Shown here piece after piece: positions 1-10,726 of a DNA stretch of 64,000 bases. The stretch comes from an uncultured Acidimicrobiaceae bacterium (GTDB taxonomy: Bacteria > Actinomycetota > Acidimicrobiia > Acidimicrobiales > Ilumatobacteraceae): contig CAVRNX010000037.1 of the NCBI GenBank assembly GCA_963722635.1, positions 1,698-65,697 on the forward strand. The letters are read 5' to 3'. The position numbers and the translations under genes were made by a program. Position 1 is the stretch's first letter. Each line of letters opens with the position of its first letter. The notes beneath the pieces were generated by a model that searched no databases, was not told the DNA's origin, and saw nothing but the letters and a program-made list of their open reading frames with translations.

Positions 1-1538
1 GTCGGCGATCGTCGACCCGCAGCAGTTCGAGTGGAGCGACGACGAGTGGCGCGGGCGCGGCCTGGTCGGAACCGTCGTCTACGAACTGCACGTCGGCACG
101 TTCACGCCGGCCGGCACGCTCGACGCTGCGATCCTCGAGCTCCCGAGACTCTGCGCACTCGGCGTCACCGACCGTCGAGCTGATGCCCGTCAACGCCTTC
201 CCCGGCCGGCGCAACTGGGGCTACGACGGCGTGTTCGCCTACGCGGTCCAGGACAACTACGGCGGACCGGCGGCGCTCGCCCGCTTCGTCGACGCCGCCC
301 ACGCCCACGGACTCGCCGTCATCCTCGACGTGGTGTACAACCACCTCGGCCCCGAGGGCAACTACCTGTCCCGGTTCGGCCCGTACTTCACCGACGAGTT
401 CCAGACGCCGTGGGGTCCGGCGATCAACGTCGGCGGTCGCGGCAGTGACGGCGTGCGACGCTATTTCGTCGACAACGCGCTGAGGTGGATCCGCGACTTC
501 CACGTCGACGGTTTCCGGTTCGACGCCGTCCACGCGATCGTCGATCCGACGGCCCACCAGTTCTGGGCCGAGGTCTGCGCGGCGGCACGGGTGGCTGCCG
601 CGACATCGCGACGCTCCGTCGTGCTGATCGGCGAGTCGTCCGACAACGATCCGCGGCAGCTCCACGCCAGCGAGCACGACGGCATCGCCTTCGATGCCGT
701 GTGGTGCGACGACGTGCACCACAACCTGCGGGTGGCGATGACGGGCGATCGGCGCACGTACTACGCCGATTACGACGGCACACCGACCGAACTCGCCGAC
801 ACGGTGGCCCACCGCTGGAAGTTCAGGGGCCAGTACTCGATCGCTCGCGATCGCCGGCACGGGCGGCCGGTCGACGACGTGGCGGCACACCGGTTCGTCG
901 CCTGTTCCCAGAACCACGACCAGGTCGGCAACCGTCCGGCCGGTGATCGACCCGACCACCACACCAGCGCTGCTCAGCGGCGGTTCGCGCCGGCGACGAT
1001 ACTGCTGTCGCCGTACACGCCGATGTTGTTCATGGGTGAGGAGTACGGTGAACTGGCACCGTTCCCGTTCTTCGTCGATCACACCGATCCAGCGGTGCTG
1101 CAGGCCACCAACGACGGGCGGCGGGCCGAGTTCGAAGGAGCCGACTGGACGGTCGAGGTACCGGAACCCGGGGCTCTGGCGACGTTCGAGTCGGCGATCC
1201 TCGATCCGTCTGTGGTCGCCCGCGACGAACGTGCCGCACGGTTGTTGGCGATGTACACCGAGCTGTTGCGACTGCGGCGCGACGTAGCGGCGCTGGCCTC
1301 ACCGGAGGCAGCACAACAGGTCGAACTGATCGAGGGCAGCGTCGTGATCACACGTTCGCTGGACGGACTGGTCAGTCGTGTCGTGATCAACGAGTCCGAC
1401 GCAGCGGTCGAGTTGCCGCTCGCCGGCGCCCTGTCGTTCGCCAGCGATGCCGCTCGCTGGGGTGGGGACGGCGAGACGGCGATGATCGCCGATCGCCTGA
1501 GCATCGCTCCCTGGACGGTCGCCCTCGTCACCAGCTGA
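1..1538 (+). CDS. treZ: Malto-oligosyltrehalose trehalohydrolase (GH13), 5' truncated by window edge, frameshift near 170
   Basis: Frame 2 from base 2 reads YELHVGTFTPAGT. ORF 183-1538 has NWGYDGV, ILDVVYNHLGPEGNYL, GFRFDAVHAI, QNHDQVGNR and PMLFMGEEYG. Confidence 0.93.
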   Translation, partial: RRSSTRSSSSGATTSGAGAAWSEPSSTNCTSARSRRPARSTLRSSSSRDSAHSASPTVELMPVNAFPGRRNWGYDGVFAYAVQDNYGGPAALARFVDAAHAHGLAVILDVVYNHLGPEGNYLSRFGPYFTDEFQTPWGPAINVGGRGSDGVRRYFVDNALRWIRDFHVDGFRFDAVHAIVDPTAHQFWAEVCAAARVAAATSRRSVVLIGESSDNDPRQLHASEHDGIAFDAVWCDDVHHNLRVAMTGDRRTYYADYDGTPTELADTVAHRWKFRGQYSIARDRRHGRPVDDVAAHRFVACSQNHDQVGNRPAGDRPDHHTSAAQRRFAPATILLSPYTPMLFMGEEYGELAPFPFFVDHTDPAVLQATNDGRRAEFEGADWTVEVPEPGALATFESAILDPSVVARDERAARLLAMYTELLRLRRDVAALASPEAAQQVELIEGSVVITRSLDGLVSRVVINESDAAVELPLAGALSFASDAARWGGDGETAMIADRLSIAPWTVALVTS

Positions 1539-1580
1539 ACGATCGGACGTGCACCCGACCCGCCGCGACGGCGCTGCGTC

Positions 1581-3891
1581 TCAGTCGCGTTCGAACACCG
1601 CCACCGGCAGCGTCTGCTCGGCGCCGCTCCCCACGACCGACGTCGCGTCGACCGTACCCGAGAGCGTGGGGGCCTCGGGGTCGAGCACGTCGTACCAGGT
1701 GCCGGTCGGAAACGTGAGCGTTCCGGTCACGTCCGCTGCGCCACGTCGCACTGCCACGACCACGTCGTCGCCGCGCCCATAGGCGATCGCGCCGGGCGAC
1801 ACCTCGATCGGGGTGTAGGCGCCGCTCGGGCCGAACGCGCCGGGTCGACGCCGGCGCAATGCGAGCAGCTCGCGCACGAGCACGGTCTTGACGGCCGGAT
1901 CGTTCTCGGCCCACAGTGCGGCGACCGTACGCTCGTCGAGGGCGAACCGTGCGAGTGCTTCCCAGTCGGGCGGTACCCGGTTGTCGGGGTCGACGAGTTG
2001 GAAGACGAACGCCTCCGACCCCTGGTACAGGTCGGGCACGCCCGGGCGACGTCAGCCGCAGTGCCGCCGCCGCCAGCGAGATGCCCGGCGCAATCGCGTC
2101 GAGGCCGAGCTGCGACTCGGGGTCGACCGAGATGGCGAGCTCGGCCAGCTCGGCGAGGCGGCGCTCGAAGTCGTCGTCGGGACGTTCCCACTCGGTGTGT
2201 GTCGCCGCTTCTCGGCACGCCTTGACCAGGTAGTCGTTCAAGTCGGGCGACGTCGAGATGTGGCGTGGTGATCACGGTCTGGGCGGCGAGCGATGCGGTC
2301 GCCGGATCGACACCGGTGCGGCCTGTCAGCTCGACGATCCACCCCCGCAGGAAGCCGACCGTGCGGTCGCGGCTCGGCGGCAGCCAGCCACGTCAGGGCG
2401 GTCGAGCGGGCGCGCACGTCCTCGGAGCGTTTCGTGTCGTGCGTCGACGACGCCAACATCGCCAGCGGCCAGGCCCCGAGACGGCGCTCGTTGTCGGCGT
2501 GGAAGTCGTCGACGGTGATCCCGAACCGGCCGGGATCGCCACCGACCTCGCACAGCGACGCCAGCCGGAGATACCGGTAGAACGAACGGTCCTCGGCACC
2601 TTTCGCCATCACCGGCCCGGTGAGCTGCTGCCATCGGCGACGCATCTCGATCTGCTCGGCGTCCTGCGGGTCGAGCAGGGCGCGAGCCACCGGTCCGCTC
2701 GAGATCGCACCGATCAGCCGCTCGGCGTCCGGGTCATCGGGCAGGTACGTCCGGTAGCGGGGCAACCTCGTCGTGAGCCGCTCGACCTCGTCGCGATAGA
2801 TCCGCCTCGCTGGCGGCGAGCGCTCGGGCGGCGATCCTGAGCAGGCGTCCGAACCCGGGGGCGAGCGCTTCGTCGACGACCTCCCGACGCCCGGCGATCT
2901 CGAGTTCGTGGGCCGTCCGGCCGTCGGAACCGCAGTCCGCCCACAACCCGTCGAACACCGATTCGGCAGCTCGCCGCCAGCAGCACGTGGTCGACCGAGC
3001 GGATGAACTCGTAACCGGTCGTGCCGTCGACCGGCCAGGAGGCCGGCAACCACTCCCCCGGCGCCACGATCTTCTCGACGTACAGCAGCGCGTCGTCGCC
3101 GATCCGGCGGCGCAGGCCGTGCAGGTAGCCGGCCGGGTCGGCGAGACCATCGATGTGGTCGACGCGGACGCCTCCGAAACCTGGATGGTCGGCATACCGC
3201 GCCGGCAGCGTGTCGACCACCTCCGCCACGTGTTCGTGCTCGACGCGCACCGCCACCAGATCATCGATCGTGAAGAACCGCCGCACGTTGCGGGCGGGGT
3301 TGCGCCAGTGCTGCAGGAGGTAGTGCTGAGCGGCCAGCAGCTCGACGAGCGGGAGGTCCTCGGTGCCCGGCGCCAGCGGCAGCCGCCGCTCGCCGTAGAC
3401 GACGAGCACATCACCATCGACGGTCATCGCACCCTGCTCGATCGCCTGCTCGCGAGACGTCCCGAGGACGGGCAGGATGACGCGTGCCCCCGGTGAGCTC
3501 CCAGTCGACGTCGAACCAGGCGTCGGCGTCGGAACCCGGGCCGTCGCGCAGCAGGGCCCACCAAGTCGGGTTGAGGTCGGGTCGTGTGGCGGCGACGTGG
3601 TTGGGGACGTGGTCGAAGATCACCGCCATGTGGCGCGTCGCGACAGCGTCCAACAACCGCTCGAACGCCCGGCGCACCTCCGAACTCGACACGCACCGAG
3701 CTGTGATCGACGACGTCGTATCCGTGGGCCGAGTCGGGCACCGCCTGGCTGATCGGCGAGAGGTACAGGTGGCTGACGCCGAGCCGACGGATGTGGTCGA
3801 GCAGGTCGATCGCAGCATCGAAACCGAACTCCGGCGTCAGCTGGAGTCGGTAGGTGGCAACCGGTTCGACGATCTGCCCCGAGCGCGCCAC
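1581..3891 (-). CDS. treY: Malto-oligosyltrehalose synthase (GH13), split by about 6-7 frameshifts
   Basis: Collinear fragments [114 protein letters not shown]. Confidence 0.9.
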
Positions 3892-3892
3892 G

Positions 3893-5408
3893 TCAGCGGC
3901 GATCTCGGTACCACTCGATCGCGGCGTTGGTCGAGCCGTCGTGGAGCGATCGGGTCGGGCTGCTCGGTGAGCTCGGGCGTGATCCGGTTGGCGAGCTCTT
4001 TGCCGAGCTCGACACCCCACTGGTCGAAGCTGTTGATGCCCCACACCGCGCCCTGCACGAACACGATGTGCTCGTACAGCGCGATCAGCTGGCCGAGCAC
4101 CGACGGCGTCAACCGATCGGCCAGGATCAGCGTGCTCGGACGGTCGCCGGGGAAGTGTCGATGCGGTTCGGCTGAATTCTCACGTCCGAACGCCAGCGCC
4201 TCCGCCTGGGCGAACAGGTTCGACATCAGCAGGTCGTGATGGTTGCGATACGGATGATTGGGCGTCGCGAACCCGATGAAGTCGACGGGCACCACCCGCG
4301 TGCCCTGGTGCAGCAGTTGGTAGAACGCATGCTGACCGTTGGTGCCCGGCTCGCCCCACACGATCGGGCCGGTGTCACCGTCGACCGGGCTGCCGTCGAG
4401 CCGCACCCGCTTGCCGTTCGACTCCATGTCGAGCTGCTGCAGATAGGCGGCAAACCTGGCCAGCTCCTGCGCGTACGGCAGCACGGCCTTGGTGCCGCGC
4501 CCGAGCACGTTGCTGTTGTGGATCCCGATCATCGCCATCAGGATCGGGGCGTTGTCGGCAGCCGGGGCAGTCCGGAAGTGTTCATCGATCGTTCGTAAAC
4601 CCGCCAGGAACTCACCGAACGCATCGGGCCCGATCTGGATCATCAGTGACAGCCCGATCGCCGAGCCGACCGAATAGCGGCCACCCACCCAGTCCCAGAA
4701 ACCGAACATGTTGGCGGTGTCGATGCCGAACGCGGCGACCCGCTCGGCGTTGGTCGACACCGCCACGAAGTGATCGGCGACGGCGGCTTCGCCGAGCGCG
4801 GCGACCAGCCACGAACGGGCGGTATGGGCATTCGTCAGCGTCTCGATCGTGGTGAACGTCTTCGAGGCGACGATGAACAGCGTCGAAGCGGGGTCGAGCC
4901 GCCTCAAGGTGGCATGCACATCGGCACCGTCGACGTTCGACACGAAGTGTGCTTGCAGACGCGGGTGACCGAACGCGGCAAGCGCCTCGGCCGCCATCGC
5001 CGGCCCGAGATCGCTGCCACCGATGCCGATATTGACGATGTCGGTGATTCGATCGTCAGCACGAATGCGATCGGCGAACACCGCCATCGCGTCGAGCACG
5101 GCGTGCACACCAGGCACGACGTCGACGCCGTCGACCTCGATCACGGTGTCACGCCGGGCACGCAGAGCGGTGTGCAGAACGGCGCGATCCTCGGTGACAT
5201 TGATGCGTTCGCCGGCGAACATCGCATCGCGGCGGGCGGCCACACCCGACGACTCGGCCAGGGCCAGCAGGTGCGCCAGCAGGTCGTCATCGAGGGGTTG
5301 CTTCGAGTAATCGATCCGTAGGTCGCCGGCGACCACGACATAGCGCTGGGCGCGTCCCGGGTCGGTCTCGAACAGTTCGGTCAGCGTGCGGTTGGTTGTG
5401 TCGGACAC
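3893..5408 (-). CDS. pgi: Glucose-6-phosphate isomerase; frameshift near 3945, true C-terminus [16 protein letters not shown]
   Basis: [54 protein letters not shown]. Canonical HD.STN tail in the adjacent frame. Confidence 0.96.
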
Positions 5409-5420
5409 AGCGATATGACG

Positions 5421-6068
5421 CTAGTGGACCGTGACCCGAGGGGCTGCTGCGTCGTCGAGGAACACCCAGGTCCCCGTGTGACGCACGGCCGTGATCGGCA
5501 ACGACCTGTCGTCGAGCAACCATCGCTCGACCACCGGGCGCTTCGATTCCCCGGCAGCCAGCACGACGCGGCTGCGGGCCCCGTTGACGACCCGTCGGGT
5601 GAGCGTCATGCGGCGCCAGCCGTTGAACGTGTCGACGATCTCGACGGGACGGGCCGAGTCGGCGACGGCTACGTCGCCCGGTGGCCAGGAAGCCGTGTGA
5701 CCGTCGGTTCCGATCCCGAGATGCACGATGTCGAAGCGATCCGGCAATGACGCCGCGTAGCGGCGAGCGGCCGACCGCAGGTCGCTCGCCGTGACCGGCA
5801 TCGACCTGACCAGACAGGGCACTGCCCGGAGCTGGAGGGCGTTGCGGGCAGCGTCACCGTCGGGAGCGACCCGTTCGTCGACCTGCCAGATCGTGACCGA
5901 CCCCCATGGCACATCGAGTTCGATCAGGGCGTCGATCATCGGCTTGGCCGTGCCGCCACCGCTCAACGCCAGCGATGCGGCACCCCGACGTCTGGTCGCA
6001 TCACGCAACCGGCGGGCGATCCACACCGCCGAACGCTGCTCGGGCTCGGCACCGACACGAATATCCAT
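5421..6068 (-). CDS. pgl: 6-phosphogluconolactonase (glucosamine_iso family)
   Basis: LALSGGGTAK, QVDERVAP, LGIGTDGHTASW, RMTLT, AGESK. Lies directly upstream of pgi. Confidence 0.85.
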   Translation of the reverse strand: MDIRVGAEPEQRSAVWIARRLRDATRRRGAASLALSGGGTAKPMIDALIELDVPWGSVTIWQVDERVAPDGDAARNALQLRAVPCLVRSMPVTASDLRSAARRYAASLPDRFDIVHLGIGTDGHTASWPPGDVAVADSARPVEIVDTFNGWRRMTLTRRVVNGARSRVVLAAGESKRPVVERWLLDDRSLPITAVRHTGTWVFLDDAAAPRVTVH

Positions 6069-6122
6069 CGGTCCAGTCTCGCATCGACCACTCCGCATCG
6101 GCAGCCGTAGTGTTCAGCCGCG

Positions 6123-7031
6123 ATGGAAGGTGAACAACTCCGGGGCCTGCAGGCGGCGATCTTGGCCTACACGCTGTGGGGGCTGTTCACCCTCTATTGG
6201 AAGCAGTTGACCGGCCTCGACGCCTTCCAACTGATCGGGTGGCGAGTCACGTCCGCTTCGGTATTGATGGCGGTGATCGTCTCGGTGACCGGACGCTGGG
6301 CCCCGGTGATCACCGCCCTGCGCACCCGCGCCGTGGTCTCCCGGATCGTCCTCGCATCGTTGCTGCTCACGGTCAACTGGACGACCTATGTCTGGGCCGT
6401 CGTCAACGATCGCGTGATCGAGACGGCGCTCGGATACTTCCTGGCCCCGCTCGGCACGATGGCACTCGGGGTGTTCGTGCTCGGTGAACGTCTGACACCG
6501 CTCAAGCGGGCATCGATCGCCTTCGCCGTTGCCGCCGTGATCGTGCTCACCGCTTCGTATGGACGGATGCCGTGGGTCGCCCTACTGCTCGCCGGCTCGT
6601 GGTCGTGGTACGGCTTGACGAAGCGGCGCGTGCCACTCGACCCCGTGGCGAGCCTCTCGAGCGAGTTGTTCGTGCTGGTGCTGCCGGCAGCAGCACTGGT
6701 CGTCAGCGGGTTCTTTCGTTCCGGAGCAATTCCCGATCAGGCCGCCGGCGCCGATTGGCCGTTGCTGGTCGGTACCGGTGCCATCACGGCGGCACCGCTG
6801 CTGCTGTTCGCGTTCGCCGCCAAGCGGGTTCCGTTCACGATCCTCGGCCCTGCCAACTACCTGGTTCCGATCATCAACTTCCTGCTCGGATGGTTGGCCT
6901 TCGGCGAGTTGTTGCCAGCCAGTCGGGTCGCCGGGTTCGTGCTCGTGTGGGTGGCGTTGATGCTGGTCACACTCGACATGGCTCGCCAACACTCGGCTCG
7001 TGTGGTGGCCTCGATCGTGCCCGTCCGCTGA
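6123..7031 (+). CDS. rarD: EamA/DMT family transporter RarD
   Basis: AYTLWGL..LYWK, NWTTYVWAV, ETALGYFLAPL, LGERL, YGL.KR, TAAPLLLFA. About 10 hydrophobic segments. Confidence 0.9.
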   Translation: MEGEQLRGLQAAILAYTLWGLFTLYWKQLTGLDAFQLIGWRVTSASVLMAVIVSVTGRWAPVITALRTRAVVSRIVLASLLLTVNWTTYVWAVVNDRVIETALGYFLAPLGTMALGVFVLGERLTPLKRASIAFAVAAVIVLTASYGRMPWVALLLAGSWSWYGLTKRRVPLDPVASLSSELFVLVLPAAALVVSGFFRSGAIPDQAAGADWPLLVGTGAITAAPLLLFAFAAKRVPFTILGPANYLVPIINFLLGWLAFGELLPASRVAGFVLVWVALMLVTLDMARQHSARVVASIVPVR

Positions 7032-7141
7032 GCCGGAACGAGAAATCCCCGTTGGGGAGGGCGACAATCTGCGAGAGTCTTGTGGAACGGCGGAAACTGC
7101 ACGCCATGAACCACCGCGCCATTCTTGGCCGAAAGGACCCC

Positions 7142-7502
7142 ATGCGGACACGAATCGATCTCCTCCCTCGCTGCGGCGACATGCTGCTCAGCGCCTGCGG
7201 CGGCAGCGACGGCTCGCGGGCAAGATTGCCGACCTGTTGCTGGAATCGGCGACGCCGACGCCGACAAGGTCGTCGCAGCCGGCGTCGACGGCGACGCCGA
7301 GTTGAGCCCCGAGGGCGAAGCGTTGACGTTCGAGCTGTTCGGCTGCGTCGACATCGACTCGTACGTCGACGCGATCGTCGCCGATATGGACGACGAGATC
7401 GATGCCGACTGTCTGAAGGACGCCCTCAAGGACGTCGACCTGTCGGCGGGCGAAGAAGCCCTCGCCGGCGCAATGTTCGAGTGCTTCGACCTCGGCGGCT
7501 GA
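7142..7502 (+). CDS. Small acidic lipoprotein of unknown function, frameshifted near the N-terminus
   Basis: GAAAGGA RBS before ATG 7142; lipobox LLSAC-GGS; acidic C-terminal half with Cys residues ending MFECFDLGG. Confidence 0.55.
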
Positions 7503-7532
7503 TCCACCGACGATCTCGGCGGCTGACACCGA

Positions 7533-8161
7533 TCAGGAGCGAGTGGTCACCAGCGAGCCGTCGAAGAAGCGTTCCAACACTTCGACGGCCGCTGTGTACC
7601 GCAGCGGATCACCGGCGGTGGCCGTCATCCGCGCCAGACCGGTCAGCACCGCACCCAGCAGGTCAGCCAACGCCCGCTGATCCACGTCGGCTTTCAGCTC
7701 GCCCGCTCGGCGGCATCTTCGACGAGGCCCGTGAAGAACCTCATGTGCCGACCCCGCTGAGGGGCCAGCAACGCCAGAAGGTCGGGATGCCGTTGTGTCT
7801 CCTGGGTCACGGCCACGATGAACCCGGTGATCGAGGGATCGTCGGCCTGCAACTCGCACGCCCGACGCAGGACCGCCGAGAACTGGGCGAGCAGCTGCGC
7901 TTCGGTGGCGGCCGCCTGCTCGAAGTCGGTGTAGACGCCGTCGACGGTGTCGCAATACACGGCCGCGTACAGCTCGGCCTTCGACTCGAAGTAGTGGTAG
8001 ATCGCACCGGGCGTGATACCGACGTCGTCGGCAATCCGCCGGTTCGTCGTGGCTCGATATCCATCTTGAGCGAACCGGATCCGCGCAGCACGAAGGATCC
8101 GTCGTCGCGTCTCCGCCGAGTCGCCCGCTGGTGGCCGCCCGACGCGCCCTCTCGTCGCCAT
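7533..8161 (-). CDS. TetR/AcrR family transcriptional regulator, frameshift near 7700
   Basis: GRPP..ETRRRILRAARIRFAQDGYRATTNRRIADDVGITPGAIYHYFESKAELY helix-turn-helix; C-terminus continues in ORF 7533-7955 (GELKADVD). Confidence 0.9.
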
Positions 8162-8242
8162 GCGGCGACGGTACCGTCCGGCGCCTTCGCTGATCGCACC
8201 GTGCGACACCGAACCCGCCCGGCGCGATGGCAGACTGTCGAG

Positions 8243-8974
8243 ATGGACGCCCCAGCCGACAAGGCCGCCGACCTGTCCTTCGACCAGATCATGGAACTCG
8301 ATCGGCGCGCCGACCAGCGCCAGGCCGAGGCAGCGGACCGGGCCGCTGGAAGCGGCGGTGTGCACGGCAACTTCGAACAGATCGTGCTGCCCTGGTGGCA
8401 GCACCCGGTCAATGTGCTGACACTGGTGGTCACCGCTGCAATTCTTGCCGGCATGGTCGGCTGGATGATCGGTGACAGCGGCTCGCGGATCAAGCACAAC
8501 GAGGTCGACACCGGATTCCTGCAGGACATGCGCGAACACCACGAGCAGGCGGTCCTGATGGGTTTCATCTTCCGGGGCTTGCCCGACACCGACCCGGGCC
8601 TGCGCACCATCGCGGCAGGGATCGTACGCGGCCAGAGCATGGAGGTCGGCCGCATGATCCAGCTCCTGCGTGACTACCGCGAGACGGAAGCCAACGAGAC
8701 CGACACATCGATGACCTGGATGGGGATGTCGGCCGCCGTCGACGAGATGCCGGGAATGGCGAGCGACGACGAAATCGAACAGCTCGGCCTGCTCGCAGGG
8801 CAAGACGCCGACCGGTTGTTCGTGGCGCTGATGACCGAACACCACATCGGGGGAATCGAGATGGCCAGTTTCGCCGCCGCCAACGCGCAGACCGAAGAAG
8901 TGCGGGCGATGGCGAGTGCGATGGCGAGTGCCCAACGCGGCGAGATCGTCGAGATGGAGAAACTCGTCAACTGA
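8243..8974 (+). CDS. DUF305 (ferritin-like) membrane-anchored protein
   Basis: TM helix, then GFLQDMREHHEQAV, GQSMEVGRM, MPGMAS, FVALMTEHHIGGIEMA, AQRGEI. Confidence 0.85.
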   Translation: MDAPADKAADLSFDQIMELDRRADQRQAEAADRAAGSGGVHGNFEQIVLPWWQHPVNVLTLVVTAAILAGMVGWMIGDSGSRIKHNEVDTGFLQDMREHHEQAVLMGFIFRGLPDTDPGLRTIAAGIVRGQSMEVGRMIQLLRDYRETEANETDTSMTWMGMSAAVDEMPGMASDDEIEQLGLLAGQDADRLFVALMTEHHIGGIEMASFAAANAQTEEVRAMASAMASAQRGEIVEMEKLVN

Positions 8975-9038
8975 GAGGCGGCTGAGGGGTCTACGCGCCG
9001 CCCTGGTACTCGGCCTGCATCCGCTTACACTGCAATAG

Positions 9039-10664
9039 ATGCCGATCCGGCCGATTCTTCGAGTCGGCCGCCCGATCCAGCGGGCGGCCAGTGTGCTCGC
9101 CCTGGGCGTGATCCTGCTGGGCGCCTGCGCAGCTGACACCGGCGTGGTCACATTGTCGGCCTCGCCGACCCCGACCGTGTCGACGATTCCCCCGGTTTCG
9201 GCATCGGAGACCTCCGCCGGCGCCGGCCAGCAGTCAGACGATCCAGCGCCTGACCCATCCGATCCGCCCGACGCCACCGATCCGCCTGCGCCGACCTTGC
9301 CCCCGATCGTCGAGCCGGAGTTGCGTGTGACGATGGCGCTGACCGATGTCGTCGACGTCGATCCCGACAAACCCGCCCGAGCGCACGACGATTTCGTGGC
9401 GGTGGCGTTCACCGATGTCGAGCGCTGGTGGAGCGAGGTGTATCCCGAGGTCTACGGCGAGCCGTACGAACCCCTCCAGGGTGGCGTCTACGCCGGCTAC
9501 CCAGAGCGCCGGACACCGATCCCGGGGTGCGGCGAACGCGCCACCGACTACATCGACCTCCAGTTGTTCGTGGCGTTCTATTGCGAGTTCGGTGACTTCA
9601 TGGCGTACGACGATGGCGACGGGGAGGGCAGCCTGCTCACACCGCTGGCCGACGCCTACGGGCCGGCCGTGATGGGGATCGTGCTGGCTCACGAGTACGG
9701 GCACACGATCCAGAGCCGGATCGGCGCTCTCGACGAGTTTCTGGCCACGATCGTCACCGAACAACAGGCCGACTGCTTCGCGGGGGCTTGGACCGGCCAG
9801 GCATATCGAGGAGAGTCACCCTTGCTGCGGCTCGGCGATGCCGACGTGCGAGCCGGTCTGCTGGCGATGCTGAAGGTCCGCGACCCCGTCGGCACCAACC
9901 AGTTCGTGCCGGGCGGCCACGGATCGGCGTTCGATCGCGCCGGGGCATTCCAGGAGGGATTCCTCGACGGACCCGGGCGCTGCGCCGAGCTGATCGACAA
10001 CCCGCTGCCGCTGATGCCGAACCAGTTTCAGCTGCTCGACGACCTCCAGCGTGAGGGGAACGCGTCGTACGATTGCAGCGACGACGCACGCGAGGACTGC
10101 CGACCGGCGCCGGAGTTCCTGGCCGAGGACATCAACGACTTCTGGGCCACGGCGCTCGGGGCCGGGTTCGACACCGTGCGCCATGAGGGGATCACCGACG
10201 ATTTCGAAACGATCGCATGCAACCGCCGAGTCGATCTGACCGACGAGGTGGCGGTCTGCGATATCGACCGGGTGGTGGTCTTCGACGAACCGGCCGTGCG
10301 CGATTTGTACGAGGAGATCGGCGACTTCAGCCTCGGCTACTTCTACGGCATAGCGTGGGCGGAGCTGGTGCAGCAGCACCTCGACAGCCCGCTCACCGGT
10401 GAGCCACGAGCGCTGTTGAACGACTGCTTCACGGGTGCCTGGGTGCGTGACATCACCCCCGACGAGTTCGGCCGCACCGGACGCGACACGACCCTCGTCA
10501 AAGCGTCACCGGGCGATCTCGACGAGGCGATCGCGATCGCCATCCTGGTCGGCGACCGCGGGCTCAACGTGGACGTGATCGGCAGCCCGTTCGAGAAGAT
10601 CGGCAGCTTCCGCACAGGGGTGCTGGGTGGCCTCGCCGCCTGCCAGGCGATGATTCCGAGCTGA
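9039..10664 (+). CDS. Neutral zinc metallopeptidase lipoprotein (YpfJ/LpqM-like)
   Basis: Lipobox LGAC; AFYC, LAHEYGH, EQQADCFAG, HGSAFDR..AFQEG. TACACT -10 is 7 nt upstream of the ATG. Confidence 0.85.
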   Translation: MPIRPILRVGRPIQRAASVLALGVILLGACAADTGVVTLSASPTPTVSTIPPVSASETSAGAGQQSDDPAPDPSDPPDATDPPAPTLPPIVEPELRVTMALTDVVDVDPDKPARAHDDFVAVAFTDVERWWSEVYPEVYGEPYEPLQGGVYAGYPERRTPIPGCGERATDYIDLQLFVAFYCEFGDFMAYDDGDGEGSLLTPLADAYGPAVMGIVLAHEYGHTIQSRIGALDEFLATIVTEQQADCFAGAWTGQAYRGESPLLRLGDADVRAGLLAMLKVRDPVGTNQFVPGGHGSAFDRAGAFQEGFLDGPGRCAELIDNPLPLMPNQFQLLDDLQREGNASYDCSDDAREDCRPAPEFLAEDINDFWATALGAGFDTVRHEGITDDFETIACNRRVDLTDEVAVCDIDRVVVFDEPAVRDLYEEIGDFSLGYFYGIAWAELVQQHLDSPLTGEPRALLNDCFTGAWVRDITPDEFGRTGRDTTLVKASPGDLDEAIAIAILVGDRGLNVDVIGSPFEKIGSFRTGVLGGLAACQAMIPS

Positions 10665-10726
10665 CCCGAGCGGTTCGCCGCCAGCGCCGTTGCCGCGCCG
10701 AAGTCGCCGTGGCGAAGCGCTTCGGG

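Noticed and set aside
6572-9412. Very long ORFs 6572-8974 (+) and 7694-9412 (-), and similarly 42677-44803 and 44850-48056
   Set aside because: Stop-poor high-GC read-through; only portions are real genes, and the remainder overlap better-supported genes.
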